IMG/VR virus record: IMGVR_UViG_2711768018_000003
Strand: one strand, 5' to 3'
Length of the DNA: 6,236 nucleotides
Origin: a virus
Taxonomy: Duplodnaviria; Heunggongvirae; Uroviricota; Caudoviricetes
How positions within the stretch are numbered: the first letter of the stretch is position 1; each line of letters opens with the position of its first letter. The notes under the pieces were generated by a model, which did no database searches, was not told the DNA's origin, and saw only the letters and a list, made by a program, of their open reading frames with translations. This document shows positions 1 to 6,236 of the stretch, piece by piece. The position numbers and the translations under genes were made by a program.

Positions 1-1002
1 GCGCTGGGATATTACGTCAGCGAGGACGGCTATCCTGGCTGGATGCCGCAGAAATGGACATGGATACCCCGTGAGTTACCCGGCGGGCGCGCCTCGTTCA
101 TTCACGTTTTTGAACCCGTGGAGGACGGGCAGACCCGCGGTGCAAATGTGTTTTACAGCGTAATGGAGCAGATGAAGATGCTCGACACGCTGCAGAACAC
201 GCAGCTGCAGAGCGCCATTGTGAAGGCGATGTATGCCGCCACCATTGAAAGTGAGCTGGATACGCAGTCAGCGATGGATTTTATTCTGGGCGCGAACAGT
301 AAGGAGCAGCGGGAAAGGCTGACGGGCTGGATTGGTGAAATTGCCGCGTATTACGCCGCAGCACCGGTCCGTCTGGGAGGCGCAAAAGTGCCGCACCTGA
401 TGCCGGGGGACTCACTGAACCTGCAGACGGCTCAGGACACGGATAACGGCTACTCCGTGTTTGAGCAGTCACTGTTGCGGTATATCGCTGCCGGGCTGGG
501 TGTCTCGTATGAGCAACTTTCCCGGAATTACGCCCAGATGAGCTACTCCACGGCACGGGCCAGTGCGAACGAGTCGTGGGCGTACTTTATGGGGCGGCGA
601 AAATTCGTCGCATCCCGTCAGGCGAGCCAGATGTTTCTGTGCTGGCTGGAAGAGGCCATCGTTCGCCGCGTGGTGACGTTACCTTCAAAAGCGCGCTTCA
701 GTTTTCAGGAAGCCCGCAGTGCCTGGGGGAACTGCGACTGGATAGGCTCCGGTCGTATGGCCATCGATGGTCTGAAAGAAGTTCAGGAAGCGGTGATGCT
801 GATAGAAGCCGGACTGAGCACCTACGAGAAAGAGTGCGCGAAACGCGGTGACGACTATCAGGAAATTTTTGCCCAGCAGGTCCGTGAAACGATGGAGCGC
901 CGCGCAGCTGGTCTTAAACCGCCCGCCTGGGCGGCTGCGGCATTTGAATCCGGGCTGCGACAATCAACAGAGGAGGAGAAGAGTGACAGCAGAGCTGCGT
1001 AA
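1..1002 (+). CDS. B: Portal protein, C-terminal ~333 codons; 5' end lies upstream of the window
   Basis: Frame 1 is open from base 1 (ALGYYVSEDGYPGWMPQKW..., no stop), so the M at 43 in the ORF track is internal. The translation through ...ETMERRAAGLKPPAWAAAAFESGLRQSTEEEKSDSRAA and TAA at 1000-1002 matches lambda gpB as I recall it. It is followed by C with the same 20-nt overlap as in lambda. Confidence 0.9.
   Translation, partial: ALGYYVSEDGYPGWMPQKWTWIPRELPGGRASFIHVFEPVEDGQTRGANVFYSVMEQMKMLDTLQNTQLQSAIVKAMYAATIESELDTQSAMDFILGANSKEQRERLTGWIGEIAAYYAAAPVRLGGAKVPHLMPGDSLNLQTAQDTDNGYSVFEQSLLRYIAAGLGVSYEQLSRNYAQMSYSTARASANESWAYFMGRRKFVASRQASQMFLCWLEEAIVRRVVTLPSKARFSFQEARSAWGNCDWIGSGRMAIDGLKEVQEAVMLIEAGLSTYEKECAKRGDDYQEIFAQQVRETMERRAAGLKPPAWAAAAFESGLRQSTEEEKSDSRAA
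971..976 (+). promoter_or_regulatory. Shine-Dalgarno (AGGAGG) for C, embedded in the 3' end of B
   Basis: A perfect AGGAGG lies 6 nt upstream of the GTG at 983, inside the B reading frame (encoding ..EEEK..). Confidence 0.7.
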
Positions 1003-2352
1003 TCTCCCGCATATTGCCAGCATGGCCTTTAATGAGCCGCTGATGCTTGAACCCGCCTATGCGCGGGTTTTCTTTTGTGCGCTTGCAGGCCAGCTTGGGA
1101 TCAGCTGCCTGACGGATGCAGTATCCGGCGACAGCCTGACTGCCGGAGAGGCACCCGCGGCGCTGGCGTTATCCGGTGATGATGACGGACCACGACAGGC
1201 CCGCAGTTATCAGGTAATGAACGGCATCGCCGTGCTGCCGGTGTCCGGCACGCTGGTCAGCCGGACGCGGGCGCTGCAGCCGTACTCGGGGATGACCGGT
1301 TACAACGGCATTATCGCCCGTCTGCAACAGGCTGCCAGCGACCCGATGGTGGACGGCATTCTGCTCGATATGGACACACCGGGCGGAATGGTGGCGGGAG
1401 CATTTGACTGCGCTGACATCATCGCCCGTGTGCGTGACATAAAGCCGGTATGGGCGCTGGCCAATGACATGAACTGCAGCGCAGGTCAGCTGCTTGCCAG
1501 TGCCGCCTCCCGGCGTCTGGTCACGCAGACCGCCCGGACAGGCTCCATCGGCGTCATGATGGCTCACAGTAATTACGGCGCTGCGCTGGAGAAACAGGGC
1601 GTGGAAATCACGCTGATTTACAGCGGCAGCCATAAGGTGGATGGCAACCCCTACAGCCATCTACCGGATGACGTCCGGGAAACACTGCAGTCCCGGATGG
1701 ATGCAACCCGCCGGATGTTTGCACAGAAGGTGTCGGCATATACCGGCCTGTCCGTGCAGGCTGTGCTGGATACCGAGGCTGCAGTGTACAGCGGTCAGGA
1801 GGCCATTGATGCCGNNNNNNNNNNNNNNNNNNNNNNNNNNNNNNNNNNNNNNNNNNNNNNNNNNNNNNNNNNNNNNNNNNNNNNNNNNNNNNNNNNNNNN
1901 NNNNNNNNNNNNNNNNNNNNNNNNNNNNNNNNNNNNNNNNNNNNNNNNNNNNNNNNNNNNNNNNNNNNNNNNNNNNNNNNNNNNNNNNNNNNNNNNNNNN
2001 NNNNNNNNNNNNNNNNNNNNNNNNNNNNNNNNNNNNNNNNNNNNNNNNNNNNNNNNNNNNNNNNNNNNNNNNNNNNNNNNNNNNNNNNNNNNNNNNNNNN
2101 NNNNNNNNNNNNNNNNNNNGGATCCTCAACTGTGAGGAGGCTCACGGACGCGAAGAACAGGCACGCGTGCTGGCCGAAACCCCCGGTATGACCGTGGAAA
2201 CGGCCCGCCGTATTCTGGCCGCAGCACCACAGAGTGCACAGACGCGCAGTGACACTGCGCTGGATCGTCTGATGCAGGGGGCACCGGCACCGCTGGCTGC
2301 AGGTAACCCGGCATCTGATGCCGTTAACGATTTGCTGAACACACCAGTGTAA
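983..2352 (+). CDS. C: Prohead protease / minor capsid protein C (S49 ClpP-like serine protease family), interrupted by N run 1815-2119
   Basis: GTG at 983-985 sits 6 nt after AGGAGG (971-976) and gives MTAELRNLPHIASMAFNEPLMLEPAYARVFF..., the lambda gpC N-terminus. After the N run the protein resumes in a different frame (ILNCEEAHGREEQARVLAETPGMTV...NDLLNTPV, TAA 2350-2352), matching the gpC/Nu3 C-terminus. The ORF-track start at 848 is an in-frame read-through inside B. Confidence 0.85.
1697..2352 (+). CDS. Nu3: Scaffolding protein Nu3, nested in-frame within the 3' part of C (interrupted by N run 1815-2119)
   Basis: The in-frame ATG at 1697-1699 (..LQSRMDATRRMFAQKVSAY..) lies 714 nt after the C start, the same offset as the lambda C-to-Nu3 start distance as I recall the reference coordinates. 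It shares the C stop. No strong SD is visible upstream; the in-frame ATG at 1715 is an alternative. Confidence 0.55.
1815..2119. other. N run (305 nt) of unknown or masked sequence within C/Nu3
   Basis: Directly visible. The flanking reading frames need a hidden length divisible by 3, but 305 leaves remainder 2, so the run is not length-faithful. Confidence 1.
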
Positions 2353-2361
2353 GGGATGTTT

Positions 2362-2521
2362 ATGACGAGCAAAGAAACCTTTACCCATTACCAGCCGCTG
2401 GGCAACAGTGACCCGGCTCATACCGCAACCGCGCCCGGCGGATTGAGTGCGAAAGCGCCTGCAATGACCCCGCTGATGCTGGACACCTCCACCCGTAAGC
2501 TGGTTGCGTGGGATGGCACCA
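2362..2521 (+). CDS. D: Head decoration / stabilisation protein D, N-terminal 53 codons visible; 3' end lost in N run
   Basis: ATG at 2362 is 10 nt after the C stop, the lambda spacing, with AAGGGA (2351-2356) upstream. The translation [53 protein letters not shown] matches the lambda gpD N-terminus. The ORF-track start at 2356 (MFM..) is 2 codons upstream and judged less likely. Confidence 0.85.
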
Positions 2522-2662
2522 NNNNNNNNNNNNNNNNNNNNNNNNNNNNNNNNNNNNNNNNNNNNNNNNNNNNNNNNNNNNNNNNNNNNNNNNNNNNNNN
2601 NNNNNNNNNNNNNNNNNNNNNNNNNNNNNNNNNNNNNNNNNNNNNNNNNNNNNNNNNNNNNN
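2522..2662. other. N run (141 nt) replacing the 3' part of D, the D-E intergenic region and the 5' ~1/3 of E
   Basis: Directly visible. D is cut at codon 53 and E resumes about codon 134 (by lambda numbering), so by lambda gene lengths on the order of 640 nt would be expected here. Confidence 1.
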
Positions 2663-2663
2663 C

Positions 2664-3275
2664 AAATACACCATGACCGGTGAAGCCTTCGATCCGGTTG
2701 AGGTGGATATGGGCCGCAGTGCGGCGAACAACATCACGCAGTCCGGCGGTACGGAGTGGAGCAAGCGTGACAAGTCCACGTATGACCCGACCGACGATAT
2801 CGAAGCCTACGCGCTGAACGCCAGCGGTGTGGTGAATATCATCGTGTTCGATCCGAAAGGCTGGGCGCTGTTCCGTTCCTTCAAAGCCGTCAAGGAGAAG
2901 CTGGATACCCGTCGCGGCTCTCATTCCGAGCTGGAGACAGCGGTAAAAGACCTGGGCAAAGCGGTGTCCTATAAGGGAATGTATGGCGATGTGGCCATCG
3001 TCGTGTATTCCGGACAGTACGTGGAAAACGGCGTCAAAAAGAACTTCCTGCCGGACAACACGATGGTGCTGGGGAACACTCAGGCTCGCGGTCTGCGCAC
3101 CTATGGCTGCATTCAGGATGCGGACGCACAGCGCGAAGGCATTAACGCTTCTGCCCGTTACCCGAAAAACTGGGTGACCACCGGCGATCCGGCGCGTGAG
3201 TTCACCATGATTCAGTCAGCACCGCTGATGCTGCTGGCTGATCCTGATGAGTTCGTGTCCGTTCAACTGGCGTAA
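2664..3275 (+). CDS. E: Major capsid protein E, C-terminal ~203 codons; 5' end lost in N run
   Basis: The translation KYTMTGEAFDPVEVDMGRS...NIIVFDPKGWALFRSFKAVKEKLDTRRGS...ARYPKNWVTTGDPAREFTMIQSAPLMLLADPDEFVSVQLA with TAA at 3273-3275 matches the C-terminal two-thirds of lambda gpE from memory. The M at 2508 in the ORF track is an artefact of reading through Ns. Confidence 0.9.
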   Translation, partial: KYTMTGEAFDPVEVDMGRSAANNITQSGGTEWSKRDKSTYDPTDDIEAYALNASGVVNIIVFDPKGWALFRSFKAVKEKLDTRRGSHSELETAVKDLGKAVSYKGMYGDVAIVVYSGQYVENGVKKNFLPDNTMVLGNTQARGLRTYGCIQDADAQREGINASARYPKNWVTTGDPAREFTMIQSAPLMLLADPDEFVSVQLA

Positions 3276-3316
3276 TCATGGCCCTTCGGGGCCATTTTCT
3301 CTCTGTGGAGGAGTTC

Positions 3317-3715
3317 ATGACGAAAGATGAACTGATTGCCCGTCTTCAGGAGCTGGGTGAGCAATTGAACCGCGATGTCAGTTTGACGGGAACGAAAGAA
3401 GAACTGGCGCTTCGTGTGGCAGAGCTGGAAGAAGAGCTTGATGACACGGATGAAACTGCCGGTCAGGACACCCCTCTCAGCCGGGAAAATGTGCTGACCG
3501 GGCATGAAAATGAGGTGGTATCAGCGCAGCCGGATACCGTGATTCAGGATACGGCTGAACTGGTCACGGTCGTGGCACTGGTGACGCTGCATACTGATGC
3601 ACTTCACGCCACGCGGGATAAACCTGTGGCATTTGTGCTGCCGGGAACGGCGTTTCGTGTCTCTGCCGGTGTGGCAGCCGAAATGACAGAGCGCGGCCTG
3701 GCCAGAATGCAATAA
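3317..3715 (+). CDS. FI: Head assembly / DNA-packaging accessory protein FI
   Basis: ATG at 3317 follows GGAGGAG (3307-3313). The 399-nt ORF equals the lambda FI length, and MTKDELIARLQELGEQLNRDVSLTGTKEELALRVAELEEELDDTDETAGQD...ERGLARMQ matches gpFI, including its acidic linker. The upstream ATG at 3278 overlaps the E stop region and lacks an SD. Confidence 0.9.
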   Translation: MTKDELIARLQELGEQLNRDVSLTGTKEELALRVAELEEELDDTDETAGQDTPLSRENVLTGHENEVVSAQPDTVIQDTAELVTVVALVTLHTDALHATRDKPVAFVLPGTAFRVSAGVAAEMTERGLARMQ

Positions 3716-3726
3716 CGGGAGGCGCT

Positions 3727-4080
3727 GTGGCTGATTTCGATAACCTGTTCGATGCTGCCATTGCCCGCGCCGATGAAACGATACGCGGGTACATGGGAAC
3801 GTCAGCCACCATGACATCCGGTGAGCAGTCAGGTGCGGTGATACGTGGTGTTTTTGATGACCCTGAAAATATCAGCTATGCCGGACAGGGCGTGCGCGTT
3901 GAAGGCTCCAGCCCGTCCCTGTTTGTCCGGACTGATGAGGTGCGGCAGCTGCGGCGTGGAGACACGCTGACCATCGGTGAGGAAAATTTCTGGGTAGATC
4001 GGGTTTCGCCGGATGATGGCGGAAGTTGTCATCTCTGGCTTGGACGGGGCGTACCGCCTGCCGTTAACCGTCGCCGCTGA
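3727..4080 (+). CDS. FII: Head completion (head-tail connector) protein FII
   Basis: GTG at 3727-3729 follows GGGAGG (3717-3722). The 354-nt ORF equals lambda FII, and MADFDNLFDAAIARADETIRGYMGTSAT...SCHLWLGRGVPPAVNRRR matches gpFII. TGA at 4078-4080. Confidence 0.9.
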   Translation: MADFDNLFDAAIARADETIRGYMGTSATMTSGEQSGAVIRGVFDDPENISYAGQGVRVEGSSPSLFVRTDEVRQLRRGDTLTIGEENFWVDRVSPDDGGSCHLWLGRGVPPAVNRRR

Positions 4081-4091
4081 AAGGGGGATGT

Positions 4092-4670
4092 ATGGCCATA
4101 AAAGGTCTTGAGCAGGCCGTTGAAAACCTCAGCCGTATCAGCAAAACGGCGGTGCCCGGTGCCGCCGCAATGGCCATTAACCGCGTTGCTTCATCCGCGA
4201 TATCGCAGTCTGCGTCACAGGTTGCCCGTGAGACAAAGGTACGCCGGAAACTGGTAAAGGAAAGGGCCAGGCTGAAAAGGGCCACGGTCAAAAATCCGCA
4301 GGCCAGAATCAAAGTTAACCGGGGGGATTTGCCCGTAATCAAGCTGGGTAATGCGCGGGTTGTCCTGCCCCGCCGCAGGCGTCATAAAAAGGGGCAGCGT
4401 TCATCCCTGAAAGGTGGCGGCAGCGTGCTTGTGGTGGGTAACCGTCGTATTCCCGGCGCGTTTATTCAGCAACTGAAAAACGGCCGGTGGCATGTTATGC
4501 AGCGTGTGGCCGGGAAAAACCGTTACCCCATTGATGTGGTGAAAATCCCGATGGCGGTGCCGCTGACCACGGCGTTTAAACAGAATATTGAACGGATACG
4601 GCGTGAACGTCTTCCGAAAGAGCTGGGCTATGCGCTGCAGCATCAACTGAGAATGGTAATAAAGCGATGA
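4092..4670 (+). CDS. Z: Tail completion protein Z
   Basis: ATG at 4092 follows AAGGGGG (4082-4087). The 579-nt ORF equals lambda Z, and MAIKGLEQAVENLSRISKTAVPGAAAMAINRVASSAIS...[15 protein letters not shown] matches gpZ. The stop TGA at 4668-4670 overlaps the U start. Confidence 0.9.
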   Translation: MAIKGLEQAVENLSRISKTAVPGAAAMAINRVASSAISQSASQVARETKVRRKLVKERARLKRATVKNPQARIKVNRGDLPVIKLGNARVVLPRRRRHKKGQRSSLKGGGSVLVVGNRRIPGAFIQQLKNGRWHVMQRVAGKNRYPIDVVKIPMAVPLTTAFKQNIERIRRERLPKELGYALQHQLRMVIKR

Positions 4671-5055
4671 AACATACTGAACTCCGTGCAGCCGTACTGG
4701 ATGCACTGGAGAAGCATGACACCGGGGCGACGCTTTTTGATGGTCGCCCCGCTGTTTTTGATGAGGAAGATTTTCCGGCAATTGCCGNNNNNNNNNNNNN
4801 NNNNNNNNNNNNNNNNNNNNNNNNNNNNNNNNNNNNNNNNNNNNNNNNNNNNNNNNNNNNNNNNNNNNNNNNNNNNNNNNNNNNNNNNNNNNNNNNNNNN
4901 NNNNNNNNNNNNNNNNNNNNNNNNNNNNNNNNNNNNNNNNNNNNNNNNNNNNNNNNNNNNNNNNNNNNNNCAGCGGCTATGACTACCGGCGCGACGATGA
5001 TGCGGGCCTGTGGAGTTCAGCCGATCTGACTTATGTCATTACCTATGAAATGTGA
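4667..5055 (+). CDS. U: Tail terminator (tail-to-head joining) protein U, interrupted by N run 4788-4970
   Basis: ATG at 4667 overlaps the Z stop (ATGA). [40 protein letters not shown] matches the gpU N-terminus. After the N run a different frame reads [27 protein letters not shown] with TGA at 5053-5055, matching the gpU C-terminus. Confidence 0.85.
4788..4970. other. N run (183 nt) within U
   Basis: Directly visible. The U frames either side need a hidden length with remainder 1 on division by 3, but 183 has remainder 0. Confidence 1.
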
Positions 5056-5062
5056 GGACGCT

Positions 5063-5803
5063 ATGCCTGTACCAAATCCTACAATGCCGGTGAAAGGTGC
5101 CGGGACCACCCTGTGGGTTTATAAGGGGAGCGGTGACCCTTATGCGAACCCGCTTTCAGACGTTGACTGGTCGCGTCTGGCAAAAGTTAAAGACCTGACG
5201 CCCGGCGAACTGACCGCTGAGTCCTATGACGACAGCTATCTCGATGATGAAGATGCGGACTGGACTGCGACCGGGCAGGGGCAGAAATCTGCCGGAGATA
5301 CCAGCTTCACGCTGGCGTGGATGCCCGGAGAGCAGGGGCAGCAGGCGCTGCTGGCGTGGTTTAATGAAGGTGATACCCGTGCCTATAAAATCCGCTTCCC
5401 GAACGGCACGGTCGATGTGTTCCGTGGCTGGGTCAGCAGTATCGGTAAGGCGGTGACGGCGAAGGAGGTGATTACCCGCACGGTGAAGGTCACCAATGTG
5501 GGACGTCCGTCGATGGCAGAAGATCGCAGCACGGTGACGGCGACGACCGGCATGACGGTGACACCCGCCAGTGCTTCCGTAGTGAAAGGGCAGAGCACCA
5601 CGCTGACCGTGGCATTCCAGCCGGATGGCGCAACCGACAAGAGCTTCCGTGCGGTGTCTGCGGATAAAACAAAAGCCACCGTGTCGGTCAGTGGTATGAC
5701 CATCACCGTGAAAGGTGTTGCTGCAGGCAAGGTCAACATTCCGGTCGTATCTGGTAATGGTGAGTTTGCTGCGGTTGCAGAAATCAACGTCACCGCCAGT
5801 TAA
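5063..5803 (+). CDS. V: Major tail tube protein V with C-terminal Ig-like (Big_2-type) domain
   Basis: ATG at 5063 follows GAGGA (5054-5058). The 741-nt ORF equals lambda V, and [57 protein letters not shown]...[16 protein letters not shown] matches gpV. The ORF-track start at 5033 would overlap U and has no SD. Confidence 0.9.
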   Translation: MPVPNPTMPVKGAGTTLWVYKGSGDPYANPLSDVDWSRLAKVKDLTPGELTAESYDDSYLDDEDADWTATGQGQKSAGDTSFTLAWMPGEQGQQALLAWFNEGDTRAYKIRFPNGTVDVFRGWVSSIGKAVTAKEVITRTVKVTNVGRPSMAEDRSTVTATTGMTVTPASASVVKGQSTTLTVAFQPDGATDKSFRAVSADKTKATVSVSGMTITVKGVAAGKVNIPVVSGNGEFAAVAEINVTAS

Positions 5804-5818
5804 TCCGGAGAGTCAGCG

Positions 5819-6236
5819 ATGTTCCTGAAAACCGAATCATTTGAACATAACGGTGTGACCGTCACGCTTTCTGAACTGTCAGCCCTGCAGCGTATTGAGC
5901 ATCTCGACCTGATGAAACGGCAGGCAGAACAGGCGGAGTCAGACAGCAACCGGAAGTTTACTGTGGAAGACGCCATCAGAACCGGCGCTTTTGTGGTTGC
6001 GATGTCCCTGTGGCATAACCATCCGAAGAAGACGCAGATGCCGTCCATGAATGAAGCCGTTAAACAGATTGAGCAGGAAGTGCTTACCACCTGGCCCACA
6101 GAGGCAATTTCTCATGCTGAAAACGTGGTGTACCGGCTGTCCGGTATGTATGAGTTTGTGGTGAATGATGCTCCTGAACAGGCAGAGGACGCCGGGCCTG
6201 CAGAGCCTGTTTCTGCGGGAAAGTGTTCGACGGTGA
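5819..6236 (+). CDS. G: Tail assembly chaperone G, truncated at the window end a few nt before its stop; upstream part of the G-T frameshift product
   Basis: ATG at 5819 is 16 nt after the V stop, the lambda spacing, with GGAGA (5807-5811) upstream. MFLKTESFEHNGVTVTLSELSALQRIEHLDLMKRQAEQAESDSNRKFTVEDAIRTGAF...PVSAGKCSTV matches gpG. The window ends before the stop. Confidence 0.9.
   Translation, partial: MFLKTESFEHNGVTVTLSELSALQRIEHLDLMKRQAEQAESDSNRKFTVEDAIRTGAFVVAMSLWHNHPKKTQMPSMNEAVKQIEQEVLTTWPTEAISHAENVVYRLSGMYEFVVNDAPEQAEDAGPAEPVSAGKCSTV
6217..6223 (+). promoter_or_regulatory. Programmed -1 ribosomal frameshift slippery heptamer G GGA AAG (G to G-T fusion)
   Basis: GGGAAAG at 6217-6223 is phased as G|GGA|AAG in the G frame (codons Gly-Lys of ..SAGKCSTV). 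This is the heptamer and position used for the lambda gpG/gpGT frameshift. The downstream T frame is outside the window. Confidence 0.75.

Noticed and set aside
281-963. Minus-strand ORFs (281-556, 685-963) and the +-strand alternative-frame ORF 576-851 inside B
   Set aside because: All overlap the strongly supported portal reading frame. Their Arg/Ser/Pro-rich translations are typical of off-frame readings.
848-982. ORF-track start of the 447-aa ORF at ATG 848, which would give a longer C with an N-terminal extension
   Set aside because: This ATG is deep inside B coding sequence with no SD. The GTG at 983 has a perfect AGGAGG 6 nt upstream and gives the known gpC N-terminus (MTAELRNL..).
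1169-1660. Minus-strand 163-aa ORF inside C
   Set aside because: It is antisense to the conserved protease domain of C and likely a chance open frame in GC-rich sequence.
2356-2361. Alternative D start at ATG 2356 (MFMTSKE..)
   Set aside because: It is only 3 nt after the C stop and overlaps the SD-like AAGGGA. The ATG at 2362 gives the lambda gpD N-terminus with normal SD spacing.
2142-2421. ORFs reading through or adjacent to the N run (e.g. 2142-2372 minus strand, 1795-2421 minus strand, 1641-2135 plus strand)
   Set aside because: Their apparent length is produced by Ns translated as X. No real sequence supports them.
2983-3177. +-strand 64-aa ORF in an alternative frame within E
   Set aside because: It is wholly embedded out-of-frame in the major capsid gene and has no SD. 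The gpE frame is clearly the coding one.
3278-3316. Alternative FI start at ATG 3278 (MALRGHFLSVEEFMTKDEL..)
   Set aside because: It begins 2 nt after the E stop with no SD. The ATG at 3317 has GGAGGAG upstream and gives the lambda-length FI.
4401-4781. Minus-strand 126-aa ORF spanning the Z/U junction
   Set aside because: It is antisense to Z and U, with a His/Arg-rich composition typical of a spurious antisense frame and no independent support.
5033-5062. Alternative V start at ATG 5033 ([14 protein letters not shown]..)
   Set aside because: It lies inside the 3' end of U in another frame and has no SD. The ATG at 5063 is preceded by GAGGA and matches the gpV N-terminus.
5500-5560. Short repeated GTGAC/ACGGTGA motifs in V (acggtgaaggtcacc ... 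acggtgacggcgacgaccggcatgacggtgacaccc)
   Set aside because: These are explained by repeated Thr-Val codons of the Ig-like domain, not by a DNA-level repeat element or binding-site array.
5383-5793. Minus-strand 136-aa ORF antisense to the V Ig-like domain
   Set aside because: It is antisense to V. The Thr/Val/Ala-rich translation simply mirrors the sense-strand codon composition. No RBS.
5800-6099. Minus-strand 99-aa ORF antisense to G
   Set aside because: It is entirely antisense to a confidently identified gene, with no recognisable RBS and a cysteine/serine-rich translation of low complexity typical of antisense frames in GC-rich coding DNA.

Overview
The window is the head and proximal-tail morphogenesis module of a phage-lambda-like (lambdoid) phage or prophage, entirely on the + strand and in canonical lambda order: portal B (3' part) > C with in-frame nested Nu3 > D > E > FI > FII > Z > U > V > G (cut by the window end at the G-T frameshift heptamer). 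Identification rests on translating the supplied ORFs and recognising the proteins from memory of lambda, plus gene spacing that equals lambda's at every visible junction; no search was run. Three N runs (1815-2119, 2522-2662, 4788-4970) interrupt C/Nu3, the D-E junction and U, and their lengths do not match the sequence they replace. Minus-strand ORFs are all antisense to these genes and are treated as spurious. In the visible bases I find no evidence of a novel or undescribed system; the genes are tightly packed with no unexplained space. The only places something unexpected could sit are the three N runs and beyond the window ends.
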